Shown here piece by piece: positions 23,900-36,356 of a DNA stretch of 49,302 nucleotides (position 1 is its first letter; each line of letters opens with the position of its first letter). Below the pieces are notes generated by a model. That model did no database searches. It saw only the letters and a list, made by a program, of their open reading frames with translations, and had not been told where the DNA came from. Source of the DNA: Schmidtea nova (taxonomy: Eukaryota); contig CM097883.1 of assembly GCA_044892505.1 (NCBI GenBank), positions 80,228,001 through 80,277,302 on the forward strand, written 5' to 3'. The position numbers and the translations under genes were made by a program.

Positions 23900-24600
23900 A
23901 CAACTTTTTTCAAGTGCGCACTTTGGAAAAGGGCTGTGACGAAAATTCATGTACTTTAAAAATTAATTTAGTCTTTATAAAAAATACAATGAAGATTTCT
24001 AAAATAGAAAAGAAATGATCAAAGCTGAAAATAAGAGATGTTATTNNNNNNNNNNNNNNNNNNNNNNNNNNNNNNNNNNNNNNNNNNNNNNNNNNNNNNN
24101 NNNNNNNNNNNNNNNNNNNNNNNNNNNNNNNNNNNNNNNNNNNNNNNNNNNNNNNNNNNNNNNNNNNNNNNNNNNNNNNNNNNNNNNNNNNNNNNNNNNN
24201 NNNNNNNNNNNNNNNNNNNNNNNNNNNNNNNNNNNNNNNNNNNNNNNNNNNNNNNNNNNNNNNNNNNNNNNNNNNNNNNNNNNNNNNNNNNNNNNNNNNN
24301 NNNNNNNNNNNNNNNNNNNNNNNNNNNNNNNNNNNNNNNNNNNNNNNNNNNNNNNNNNNNNNNNNNNNNNNNNNNNNNNNNNNNNNNNNNNNNNNNNNNN
24401 NNNNNNNNNNNNNNNNNNNNNNNNNNNNNNNNNNNNNNNNNNNNNNNNNNNNNNNNNNNNNNNNNNNNNNNNNNNNNNNNNTCACAATTATTCGTAGTCG
24501 TCAATGAAATGTACTCATCGATATTCACATTGGTGTCAACATCAATAAATTCATCAAAAGTCATACAAGGTTGACCTGGATTATATGTGGTGATGTCCAA
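23900..24600 (-). mobile_element. pogo/Tigger transposase C-terminal relic spanning an N gap
   Basis: MTFDEFIDVDTNV before the gap and ITSLIF after it resemble the Tigger tail (F.DY..ID; KQ..IT.FF). Confidence 0.3.
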
Positions 24601-24689
24601 AAGTCAGTAGACAATCCAATTTAGAAACAAGATATCGGCTTGAGATTTTTTATTTGAAATAACCTTGCTAGGCAAGTTTTCAGATATTA

Positions 24690-25150
24690 TTTTACAACGT
24701 AACTACCATTATTTTTGACAAACTTTTACCACCAAAAAATAGGTCTAGGAAGCTATTTCGAAACCAATGAGCTTTTTTCCTTTAAAAAAGATTGTGACAC
24801 AAGTCTTCATTTCATCAGTGTCAGTCATAAACTTACCTTTTAGATATTTTTTGAGATGATTGGACTCAAATCCAGACCGTATGGCGGATGCTGGAGCTCC
24901 AAAGTTATTTCCCTGAATTGTGGACAGTGTCACAATACTTTAGGAGATGGGGCATTATCATGCAAAAGACATGATGCCTGCCGATGGGGTTTTAGTTTTT
25001 TCTTTCATGTAGCTTTAATGTTTTTATTGTAATACTTTCCCTTCATTTTCACATTTTTTTTCAGTAAAATCTTAATGGACAATACCACGTGAATCCCAGA
25101 AAATTTTTATCATGAGAACTCGTCGGCGAGATTTTCTACTCTTTAATATC
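24690..25150 (-). mobile_element. mariner transposase relic
   Basis: LHDNAPS...LQHPPYGLDLSP, followed by a frameshifted C-terminus ending KFVKNNGSY. Confidence 0.75.
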
Positions 25151-27370
25151 CTTGAACTCCCTTTCTTGAACTTTCCCATTCTTTAGATGATCGTTTATTC
25201 TCAGGAATATATAAAGATAATGGTGTTTCATCTTAAATCACAATATTGTTTAGCATTATGTCACCAATTTCAGTAAACAGTTTAAGGTTCTCGGTGCAGC
25301 AATGAAAACGTATTTTACTAATTTCAGAGGCTCGATCTTAGAAACCAAATCGCCTTTGCAATCCTTGCAATCTTATTTCCTTATTTGCTACAAAGGTGAT
25401 TTACTTTATCTTGTTTACTAAATGTCTCCAACCATTTTATGAGCATTTTTGAAATAGTCAGAGACGTTTTGTATAGTTACGGTAGGTTGTAGTTTGTCAT
25501 AGTGGCTTATTTCCTGCTTTTAGTTATTATTCACTCTTCTCCTTTTCACAATGGATGTATAAATTGCAATCAATTTGAGTATATTTGTAAATTTAAATTA
25601 ATTGTAGGTGGTAAAATGAGGGTGACGGTGATAGTCCTATACATTTCAATAAATAAAGAGTTTTGTTGCCGGGAAAAAAGGGAGGAAAATCGAGGTTTAA
25701 TTGTATTTTGTTTAATTATTCAATTATTAGTTCGTTTTTCTAAATATTATATCATTTTTAGAAATTTTATCAATTCTCTAAATATTTGTGTCAGGAAAAA
25801 ATCTTTAAATCTTTTTAAAATAATTTTTTAAATATTTTTTTCATACTACCTCATCCAACAATACTATAAAAAAACAATTTCAATTTTACGCATTTTGAAT
25901 TTGCAAAGGGAATGACAATTATTCTGACTTACGCATTTCCCCTTTGACAGCTTCTTCTTTAAAATGTGCTGAAAAGTTAAAATTTTGTTTATGTTAAATG
26001 TTACTAAAAGTTATTATGAAACTCAGAAACATTTTCTGTTAAGTTGTATAAAAACAAATTGGGTCCCGATTCTTCAAATGTATAAAACGCCACAATATAT
26101 TTGTAAAACCCAGTTGCATTAAATGGCTTTTTGAATTTCAAGCAATAGTCCATTTTCAGCAAACTATCAAATAGCAAAAAAAGCTTCCTGGTTTGTTGAA
26201 TCGTTATTCAGAACGAGTCCATCTTGTCTTCCTTTTCATAAATCTTTTATATGACTTATGAAAATTCCAACAATCATTATTTTTACTTTGAATATTTTCT
26301 TGAAAATTTATCGTTCACTAAGTCGTATTAAAATTTATCCGGCTACAATTCGTAAAAAATAAAATAGATTTTTCAAATTCAAAAATGTTACTATTTTGTT
26401 GAATTGAACACCATTATTTAACAAAAAATAAATCCGTATTAAATTGAAATTATTATAACAGAATCAGAATAAGTATGTGGGAAAGATGAAGTCCATGACA
26501 CATATTTGGTTTATTAGTTTAATTTTTCTATAATGTATATTCCTTTATATTTTTATTCTAGAGTCCAAATGATTTCACTTTTGAGAATCAAGTAAATTAT
26601 AAATATTAATAAACATGCAAAAACTAGATATACGTCACTTATAGATATATATATAGAAAATTTAAATAAAAGAATCCGTTCACAAGTCTTTGGCTTAAAA
26701 CGCTTTTGTTAAATAGCTTCATTTGAGATAAATACATGCTAATTTGCTAAAAGTCAATTAGAAAGAATTAAAAAAATTATAATTAATGTTGTTTCAAATA
26801 AGAGTATTTTGAATAATGATAGCATAGTAAATAAATGTCAAAGACAACATTTTGCGATTAATAATTTTTTCTTGTTATTGAATAGTGATTACTTGTTCTA
26901 ACAGATTAAAAGAATTAATATAGAACTTCAAATAAGTATAAAGAACGGAAAACATTCAATTTTTAGTCAAAGGTTTACACATAACAAGTAGAACTTTTTA
27001 AGTGGACTATATAATTTAAAATAATTTTGATTTTTTGACATTCAATCAAAAAAGTTAATCAACATTTATTTAGATGGTCTTTTTTGTGTTTAATAACCTT
27101 AACAAAATACTAAATACATATATGAAATATTTTGAGAATTACGTTTCGATATTTTTCTTAAATTTTTGATCTGCTTATTCGATCACAATAAGCAAATAGA
27201 AGTCATTATATTGCTATTACAAACATTATATAAAATCCGTTCTTTTTGTGATAAACATTATCTATAGCTATTCCATTATTGATTAATACAAGATTGAACA
27301 GATATCCTCACTTTTCATGACCTCCTTTTTCATATTTTCAGAAAGAAATATCCAATTAACAATTTTTTTA

Positions 27371-27690
27371 TCAATATATCTCATACTCCTCGGAAATGTG
27401 CGATAGAATATGTTGAAATTTCAATTTAGGATGCATTTTGTGCCACAATAACTCTTCCAAATAAATAGGGAATAATGATGCAGATGAGTCATTCATGCGC
27501 CTCATTTTTTCTTTTGCACAACTCCACATTCGTTCTATTTCCCTTTCTCATTGACAAACTAACTTAGTGACTTTTACACATGCATTTCAAAAAATGGTTG
27601 TCAATTTTGGAGGCTTACATTGATTTATCTTTCTATAAACAATCGTGACAAGCGTCACAAATCATCATATCCGCTAATAAATTATTTGAT
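27371..27690 (-). mobile_element. Merlin/ISXO2 transposase relic with the catalytic core deleted
   Basis: N-terminal zinc-ribbon remnant (CDAC...KCMC...SMRKG) joined near 27540 to IERMWSCAKEKMRR...YLEELLW...FQHILSHI (Merlin C-terminal motifs). Confidence 0.7.
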
Positions 27691-27769
27691 TTCGTCCAGA
27701 GAATGGACAATTCCTCATTTGGCATAATGTCGTAAAATAATTTGTTGTATGTTAATTATTGATTGTCTA

Positions 27770-29038
27770 CGTGCCTACCAAAAGTCTCCAGTCAGGCAGT
27801 TATTTACATTTTGCAGTTTATAATGAACAGCAATGGGAACAAATGTCACAAACACACACGAATACTGAATGTCTGTAATTCTGAGAGAATTAGTACTTCG
27901 TTATATTACGTTTCATCTAGATAACAAGGCGCATTCGTTTAGACATTGTATCGAACACTTTTGCCAGGAAATCAGGGAAGATGTGTGACCATTCCTCATG
28001 CAGATGCGTTTCCAGTTCGGAGGCGTTACGGGCAATGGAAATCATTTTGCGAACTCGTCTACCAAGGACATCCCATAGCATTCAGATCAGGGCTTTGTGG
28101 AACCCAAGCGAAAACGTTCATGATTCCTTCATAATGTGCGAAGTATGGATTGGTGCATTATCCTGTTGGAAAATGAGCCCCTCAATTTCTGGGAGAAATG
28201 GAACAAGCTCATTTTCCAGAATCGCACGATATTCCACTGACGTCATGTGATTGCTGCACTTCATTGAGGGTCAGTTCCACGAGCTGAGAAAATACTCCAA
28301 AACATGATGGAGCCTCCTCCATATCCCACAGTTGGCTGAATGCAGTCAGGGTGAAATTGATCTTCTACAAGGCGCCAACAGAATTGCTGTCTATCAGATT
28401 TGAAAAGAGTGAAACGTGATTCATCACTCCAACTGATTGAGGGCCATTGTTGTGCTGTCCAACTCCTTCTCTCCCGGCACCACTTCAAGCGAAGAGACGA
28501 CGAACTGTGTTTGTAATCAAAGGCTTCCTTGCACAGTATCTGCCATGGAAATCATGAAAATGTAATGCGCGACGAATGGTGGACATGCTGGCATGCACAG
28601 GGCCAGTGTTATATGTGGACACTAACTTGGACAGGGGAACCGACGATGAGCCACCACAAGTCGTTTCAACTGCCGTTGTGTACGGATGCTCAGAAGTTTA
28701 TGGCGGCCTGAACGTTGCTTGTTGACATGTGTCTGATCCTGGAAGTTCTTCTTCAGGAAGTAGTTAATAGTTCCTTTGGGATGGCCAGTCAATGCAGTAG
28801 TTTCACTCAGACTTTTTCCAAAGGTAACATCCGTAAATAATGCCTTTCTGAAAGTCTGTAAGCTCTCTCCCAGTATTCTGTGTGTGAGAGTGTGTGCATG
28901 TGCACATGTGCGCATGCTGCATGTTGAAGGTGTTGGTGACCTTTGTTCCCATTGCTGGTCATATTTGCACTGCAGACGTTCATTATAAACTGCAATATGT
29001 AAATAACTGCCTGACTAGAGACTTTTGGTAGGCCGGGG
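27770..29038 (-). mobile_element. Tc1 DNA transposon, copy 2 (frameshifted)
   Basis: Collinear with 8015-9362; right end GGTAGGCCGGGG|TA at 29038; about 80 nt including the start codon deleted; ISWSDESRF and QDNAPIH are retained. Confidence 0.92.
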
Positions 29039-29259
29039 TATGTATATATATATATATATATATAATTTTTTCTGAAAATATGAAAAAACGGGTGGTGTGA
29101 AACGTAAGGATCGCCGATTGATTTTCTACCATACATTTTTATTTAGACCATTTTGAAATGAAGCAATATAATGACCATACTGATTGGTTTATCCGAAAAA
29201 CTTACCCACTTAAATCAATCATATAAAAACAATGTATCACATTATAATATAATTTTTAT

Positions 29260-29965
29260 GTGATATTCGATTCTATTTCAAATTGCATAAGCGTTTGCAT
29301 TTTATTTGACTTTTATCAGTAGCATTAGAGAAACTCGATTACACCCGGAATCATGTCCAGTGACTTTGCGACCAGGTTCAAGAATTTCACTACCAAGCTT
29401 CGTCAAATATTCCAATTTTTGTAACGCTCTCATTTCAAATTGATTAATATGATTGATTTCTTTGATCATATATTTTGAAATATTTGGTTATGGATTGAAT
29501 TATCCGAAAAACTCGCCTGATTATTATCCATTGATATAATAAAATATAATCAATCAAATTAACAAAAAATCCACAATAATTTCTGCTAAATTGTTAATAA
29601 ATTTTGTAATTATTGGTAAAAATTATATGATTAATATCATAAATGTAATATTAAAATATAATTAATTAAAATTCAAACAGTAGATTAACTGTCAATAAAT
29701 TAACTTGAACAATATAAGCATTTTTGTGTTTCGGATCATCTACTAATTAAAATGATTAATGTGATATTCGATGCAATTTCTAATGTCATAAATTTTTCGA
29801 GCTTATCTGGCTCTCGCCAGTAACATGTAAGCAACTCGACTCTATCCGGAATCGAACTTAATGAATTAATGACAAGATCCAAGCATAATCTGACAAATCT
29901 TCCACCAAACTACATCAAATATGTCAATTTTTGCACAGCTCTCATCGAAATACTTTTGATGTCCT
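29260..29965 (-). pseudogene. Two diverged tandem copies (offset about 501 bp) of an unknown coding exon
   Basis: MRAVQKLTYL...LDLVINSLSSIPDRVELLTCYW...EIASNIT versus MRALQKLEYL...LNLVAKSLDMIPGVIEFL*CY*...EIESNIT. Both copies carry stops. Confidence 0.55.
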
Positions 29966-29993
29966 AAAAACTAGGCGTATGAGCAACTCATAA

Positions 29994-30068
29994 AATTCCC
30001 GTATCACGCCAAATAAGTTAAGTGTAATACAATTAAAGTTTGTAATAATTAAAGAGAATCAAATATAT

Positions 30069-30122
<54 letters not shown>

Positions 30123-30197
30123 ATATATTTGATTCTCTTTAATTATTACAAACTTTAATTGTATTACACTTAACTTATTTGGCGTGATACGGGAATT
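29994..30197. repeat. Perfect 204-bp palindrome centred on a (TA)n tract
   Basis: Arms AATTCCCGTATCACGCC...ATATGAC and GTCATAT...GGCGTGATACGGGAATT are exact reverse complements. Confidence 0.95.
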
Positions 30198-30364
30198 CTA
30201 ACTTGACAATAAATTCAAATAACTATACAAAATTATTTTATAATTATTTTTATTAAAATGAATATTTTAATTTAATTAAATAAAAAATGTTTAGCAATAT
30301 TATAATAATAACTCTCATAAAATTTAATTAATAAAAACATTTAATTTAACAATTAATTGGTTAC

Positions 30365-30911
30365 CTTGAACAAAATGAGTACTAATTCATCTCCTGCGAC
30401 GATTTTCCCTCTTGCCTCAGTCAAACAAACATCGGCATTCTGACTAATATGCACGCCAGCGACATTGTAGCCCAGATAATTATAGGGACACATTTTCACT
30501 TCCAATCCGTCGTGGGCAACTTTATCAATCATTTTCTCTTTAATTGTTGCAAGGAAACCATATCTAACGTCTGAATACTCTGAATATGAAAATTTTTCCT
30601 CGATTTCTTTGCTTTTCTCTATTTGTATTTATTATAAAAGGATAGCAATTTGTTTGGGTGTGAAATACCTTTAAACTCACGTTCAAATAATTGATTTGTG
30701 ATTAATAAAGCTTTCTGTAAATCCCAACATTGTGATAAATCATAAGATACATCCACAAATGTTTTGGAAAGTTTTTGAAACATGTCATAAGTTTCTCGAC
30801 TACTTACAGGAACTTCACTGATGTAATCTAGTTATAAATTCAATAAATTTTATTTTATTTAAAAAACCATTTACATGAATTTGAATCTATAATTGAGTTT
30901 GAAGAATGCAT
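30365..30911 (-). CDS. TASOR: TASOR/TEX15-like DUF3715 (pseudo-PARP) protein, exons 1-3 (30911-30875, 30827-30669, 30618-30365)
   Basis: GT-AG introns of 47 and 50 nt splice in frame with no stops: ...SSRETYDMFQKL...KALLITNQLFEREFKEKSKEI...YGFL...DGLEV...YLG...GVHISQNADV...LVLILFK. This matches recalled TASOR GSREFED...ACLVHNELLEKEFTEKRREL...YAFL...GL.V...LG...GVYLSRYAD...VVIFK. The start codon is tentative. Confidence 0.88.
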
Positions 30912-32198
30912 TTTTAGTTTTATTTATAAAAATTGTATTATTCTCAATGACGATTTAAATTTTTTATTAAATTTAAAACAAAAGTGTGTACTTTAACTGA
31001 ATGAAAGTTATTAAATTTTATATCGAAATTATAATAAAAATATTATTTTATTTGAAATTATTAAAATATTTCTAATACTTTTTCTTTATTAAAATAAATT
31101 TATTTTCTATTTAAAATTTAGCATTTTTATTTTAAAATATTAGACTACAGTTTAATTCTGAAAGCAGTCAACACAATTTTATTCAGAGAGCAATTATTTT
31201 ATCAAAATTAGTTTATGATTTATCAACAAGTTTTAGATCTTAAGTATCGAAAAAGATTTGAAAATAATATGCACAGTTAAGAAAAATGCAAGTAAATAAT
31301 AAGATTTAATAAAGACACATTAAAAACTATTAAAAGAGCTAAAATGCAAAATGGATAACAAATCCAAAATTATGCCACTGTCCCAAAATAAATTAATGAG
31401 ACAAAGCCTAATTAGATGGTGGTGGGTAATTGGTAAACTTAATTTTAACTGTTATTTTGATTGAAGTGGTAGGTTGTTGACCGTCAATATGACCTTGACG
31501 TTGTTATGGCTCACATCAACAACTTAACATACAAGACATTAACTTGACCATTTTGTTGCCCGTCACAATCTAACATTGGTAGTACAACAAATGGGTGGGT
31601 ATTCACAATCAGTGAGCGTCGAAAATTCGATACTATGATTGACAGAATATCTCCTGGGTCCAATAGCTACCGATAGAAGACTTAATGCCCGTTTTTCTCT
31701 CTTCTTCAACAGTTTATCTATAAGCATTCAATAAAATTTTAATCGATATTCAAAATAAATATTTTATATCAATATAAATTTATTATCGCATCAAAATGAA
31801 TCATTCTGAGCATCAAAAACACTAACAAATTTACATAATAATCCATTTAAAATATATATAACACAGTGACAAGCACATCAAAACTATAAAAATCATATGT
31901 CAAAACAGTATTCGAGTCCTGTAAAATTTGTTTGCGGTTGTTTTTACCGAGCCTTTCCGCCAGATTGAGTATTAAATCAATCGATTTGCAACGTTTACAA
32001 CGGATATTACTTTATTTGTAGTTACTAAAACGTTCTTTTCGAGCAAGCAAAAGTTATTGATCTCAGGAATGCAAAGATGTTTTATGTATTTATTAATCCA
32101 ATATTATTCTCAAGTGGAATCTGGTCGCTACTCAATTCAGAGACCAATTATTCCTTTAGAAATACATATATTCGGGGATATTCAATAGCCATTAAGTT

Positions 32199-32363
32199 TA
32201 TCTAAATGATTATTATTTTCTTATATTTTCCAAATTATTATGTTTTTCATATTTAAAATTTAAATAAACTTTATTTATATGATATAAATAAAGTTTATTT
32301 AAATTTTAAATATGAAAAACATAATAATTTGGAAAATATAAGAAAATAATAATCATTTAGATA
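32199..32363. repeat. Perfect 165-bp palindrome with a 1-nt spacer
   Basis: 82-bp arms are exact reverse complements around G32281. Confidence 0.95.
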
Positions 32364-32601
32364 TAAATTATATCTGTAGTAAAAATAATTAATTACGAAC
32401 GAGTTTTTGAAAATTTAATTTTATATCATCAACTGCCTACATAAATAATTGAAATTAAATTAAATACAATTATTAAATTAAGCACATAAATTAAATTAAG
32501 CACATCTCCCAGTCATGTCGTCATCAACATCGCTCGTCATTTCATAGTCATCTAAGTAATGTGGTGGATTTCGTGCTCTTATACTTCTACGTACTGAATC
32601 G

Positions 32602-33830
32602 TCAAATTCTAACTTTGCAACTTCGGTAGTGTTTTGCATTTGTAATTCGTCCTCTGTGAAATTCTCTTTTTTTTCTTATGTTGGAAACATGACGAGGCAT
32701 ACCGTCAATCTCAAAATTTGTAGATGAATTTACTTTTGTCACTCTTCCTTCATTCCTTTGAGAAGTACATCTTGCATCAGGAGGTTTTACAAAAACCCCC
32801 TCTCGCACAGTAAACCCGCCTTCTGGATCGGTCAAGACATCTTCCACTTCATCTGGGTGTCTCCATACGTAATCGAACGTTAGGTCGGAAGGAGACAAGT
32901 CCTCATCAACATCGTCTATTAACGCCACATTGTACCAATAAATTATATCCAATGATTCTCCGCCAGACCATGCTGCCATACGCTTGATCGTTCTATGATT
33001 CCGCTCGATTATCCCATTTCCAGTACGTCGATATGCACATCTGAACATGCGCCTAACCCCCACTTTTTTGCACAGCGAATCCATCGCTCCAGATCGAAAG
33101 GATGTAGCGTTATCTACGAGTATTTCTACTGGTGAACCTTTTACCCTAAATATCTGCTCTAAATTTTGAATTGTGACTCCAACTTCCTCGCTATCTATCT
33201 CCCTCAAAATTGCAAACTGACTCGGTCCACAATAGATAATTGTTAAATACCTTTTATCGTTATAGTGAGTCACATCGATGGCGATCCTCTTTCAATTTAC
33301 CTCGACATCAAGGTTCTCGTGCTTCCATGTAACCGGTGCTGGATCAATAGATCTGCATTCTACACATTTGCTAATGACATCTTGCACGTCCATCTAAGTA
33401 ATATTTGGGAATTTTCTCTTAGCAAGATACATCGTTCTTTCGACGCCTAAATGACGAGCATGGTGAGACTTTAATAAGTCATCCATTCTTGTAATAACTA
33501 CAGATGATACAGCCTTGACCCAGTACAACCACGTCTTAGGTACTCTCGTTAGTATATCCGCCTTTTTCCTCTCTGTAGAAACTATCTTGCAACTCCTTGA
33601 TTATCTGTACTCCGCTGAATTAAAATCTTTGATATTCCGTGTGTACGTACTCTTTCTTGATTGGACAATAGGTTTACCAATATAGCACAATAACACGACA
33701 CAGAGGTTCCATTTGAGATCATCACCTCGTCCGTTTTTCTCAACTGTTTGCTTACCAACGAAGCAAAAACAACAGATCTTGAGCATCCGGAATCAATCAA
33801 AGCAATTGACTCTCTCCCATCTACTTTATT
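32602..33830 (-). mobile_element. Ty3/gypsy pol relic: protease, RNase H end, H2C2 zinc finger and integrase; RT deleted
   Basis: IDSGCSRSVV (protease), ENKADILTR (RNase H end), HHARHLG...CVECRS (zinc finger), IAIDVTH, LVDNATSF, GNGIIERNHRTIK (rve). Confidence 0.9.
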
Positions 33831-35682
33831 GTGATTTATAAAATAATATATATATATATATATATAATATATATATACACATATATATATATTATTTTAT
33901 AAATATCCCCACGATATCTTGAAATAATTATACTTGTAAATCAATACATCCATCATTAATAATTTTAGAATTAAATAATTATAGTATTTCAAATTTTTCC
34001 TACAAAATTTTAAATTTAGAATTTTATAATATTTATAACAATAAAATTTCTCATTTCAAATTTTTATATTCTAATATAATAATACAATTTCCGATTTGTA
34101 ATTTTATATTTTAATAATTCAATCTAAAATTTTACATAATATATTATCATAAAATAATTTTTTATTTTTACAAAAATTAGCTTCGATCATATGAGAATTT
34201 TTTGAAAAAAGTATTATATATGTAAAATTTCAAAACGGTTCTTTTGGCGATCTCGAATATTCAAATTTCTAAATGTAATTTTAAGAAGTTTTTATCAATA
34301 ATGTTTACAATCTAGAGCAAAATTTCAATGGAATGTTATCGAGCGTTATCTGTAAGAATAATTCAATATAACCTTTTTATTACTCTTTGAGTGGTTCTTT
34401 ATGAGTTTTCATACATTCGACTTTCTAAAAAACTTTGGATTTTTTCCTACTGAGGTAAAGACGACGTTCGTTGAGCGAAGGCGATTTACGAGATGAGTGC
34501 ATATTTTCGATTTATTTTTATTATGTCAAAATTTCCATGTAGTTATGAGAGTCATAAAATTTATAGAAATAAATTTAGAAACAGTACATCCATTTGCGTC
34601 TTTGAATACCATATCGCATTTCAATAAAAATGTAATAGGATTCTATACATAAATTATTTTGAACATACCTTGCGCTTGGCCAAACCACTACTCCTCATAT
34701 AGCCAGGTATGAGATGAAGCGTTTTTGGATGTTTGCGCTCACTTCGATGAAAATATGGATCAGAACACTGGAAGGACTCCAGCGAACTGATGATTCACCA
34801 AAGTGACTAATGACGGTACAACGATTAGGTGGATCATCATCAGATGTATGGAAATAGTTTTAATGAGAAAAAAAATATAAATATGCATAAAAATAAATAA
34901 ATGAATATTGATATAATGATGTTAATTTGTGAGAAAATGTGATCAAAGTAAAAATAAAAATAGAAATATTATAATTCTTCAAAAAATAAAATACATATTT
35001 AATCATATAATAACTTGACACAAATTCAAACCTTCTGTGAATTTTACACTTCGGACTTTTCCTCTTTTCCAAAATCTTTATCACAAAATTTTAGTTACAA
35101 TTTCATGCTTCGACCAATTGGCAAAATTTTGTCTGGGTTTATTTAGTGACTTCTGTCACTCAAGTTAATTGGCCTCTAAATAGATTTTTGACGACGATAT
35201 CGAATTGCTTTGATTTTCATTAAAATAATTGGATCACTTTGGTGATCAATCGGATACTCCCTTATCGATAGGATTTTACTTATTTTAACACTAGTTTTCC
35301 CGATAATTAATTAGGTCATCCAAAATTCCTTGGTAATTATATAATTTTGTTATCAAATTAATTAGTTTTTTTCTTCATATTTCATTCCAGGATTGCTTTT
35401 TAATTTTATATTACCATATATGAATTCTTCTCATCATTTGGAATCTCCCATACCAGTTTCCCGCACTAAATCTTTTTTAGATTTACTTTTTCTTTGATTT
35501 GCACATAGATTTTGTACTTATTTAACACGACCTCATATATTCACACCCTGCATTTAAGAGTTAAGTTTTATAAATAACTTAAATTTCAATCAATAACAAA
35601 AAAATTTATTTCATTTCATTTCTTTGGTTATTTGACAAATTACCAATATCGATTGATTTCCCATTGTGAAAATTAGCAAATA

Positions 35683-36356
35683 CAGTAATCCCTTGGTCTG
35701 TGCGGTAGTTACGTTCTGAAAAAAACAGAGCACTGTGAATCCAATTTTGTATTAAATTTGGAATACGTTCCAAAATTTAAATTTCTCATAAGTACATAGA
35801 TCAAATAAAGTCTTTATTCGGGGATTAGTTATTTTATATATAAATAAAATTAAACATAAACAAATTCATTTAATAAAATACATATGTAAATGAAAAACTC
35901 TACATAATTTCTTTTTCACTGCTGTCTTAACTACTATCTTCTGATGAATTTGATTTTTCCGCCAAGGGTTTTGTAAAAAACTTGTTAATAGTAATTGCTT
36001 TTTATTTCTTGAATTATATAGTTCCTTATACGGCACTAAAGCTTCAATCAAACATTTGCGGAATATTAAAAGACGCTCCAAATCAGGGTCTAAGTTAATG
36101 GCTTCTTCATCAAGTTTATTGCCAATTTTCCAAAATTCCATCAGTGCTTTGCTACTTATCTTTTTTTCTTCGACTATTTCTGCATCATCATCATCACTTT
36201 CGTCTTTTTTGACTTTATTATCTGCGAAATACGTTACCATCACACAATATAGGGGATTCACTAAATTTTATGTGTATATTGTATATCGCGGCTGCGAAAT
36301 TTTAGTGGTAAAAACAAAATCGCGCAACTCCGAAACCGCGCAGTTCGAGATTACTG
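35683..36356 (-). mobile_element. Tigger/pogo non-autonomous element, 674 bp
   Basis: TA|CAGTAATC...GATTACTG|TA termini; the internal ORF DPDLERLLIF...PYKELY...KQLLLTSFL is a Tigger C-terminal tail. Confidence 0.8.

Noticed and set aside
23910-24600. Long X-filled ORFs here and at 37364-37976 and 43592-44006
   Set aside because: They are artefacts of translating across N gaps.
34659-34757. Exon-like minus-strand frame CSDPYFHRSERKHPKTLHLIPGYMRSSGLAKRK ending at a GTATGT donor
   Set aside because: No partner exons or recognisable homology were found.
35410-35510. HMG-box-like remnant on the minus strand (GKLVWEIPNDEKNSY)
   Set aside because: Too short, interrupted by a stop, and unsupported by context.
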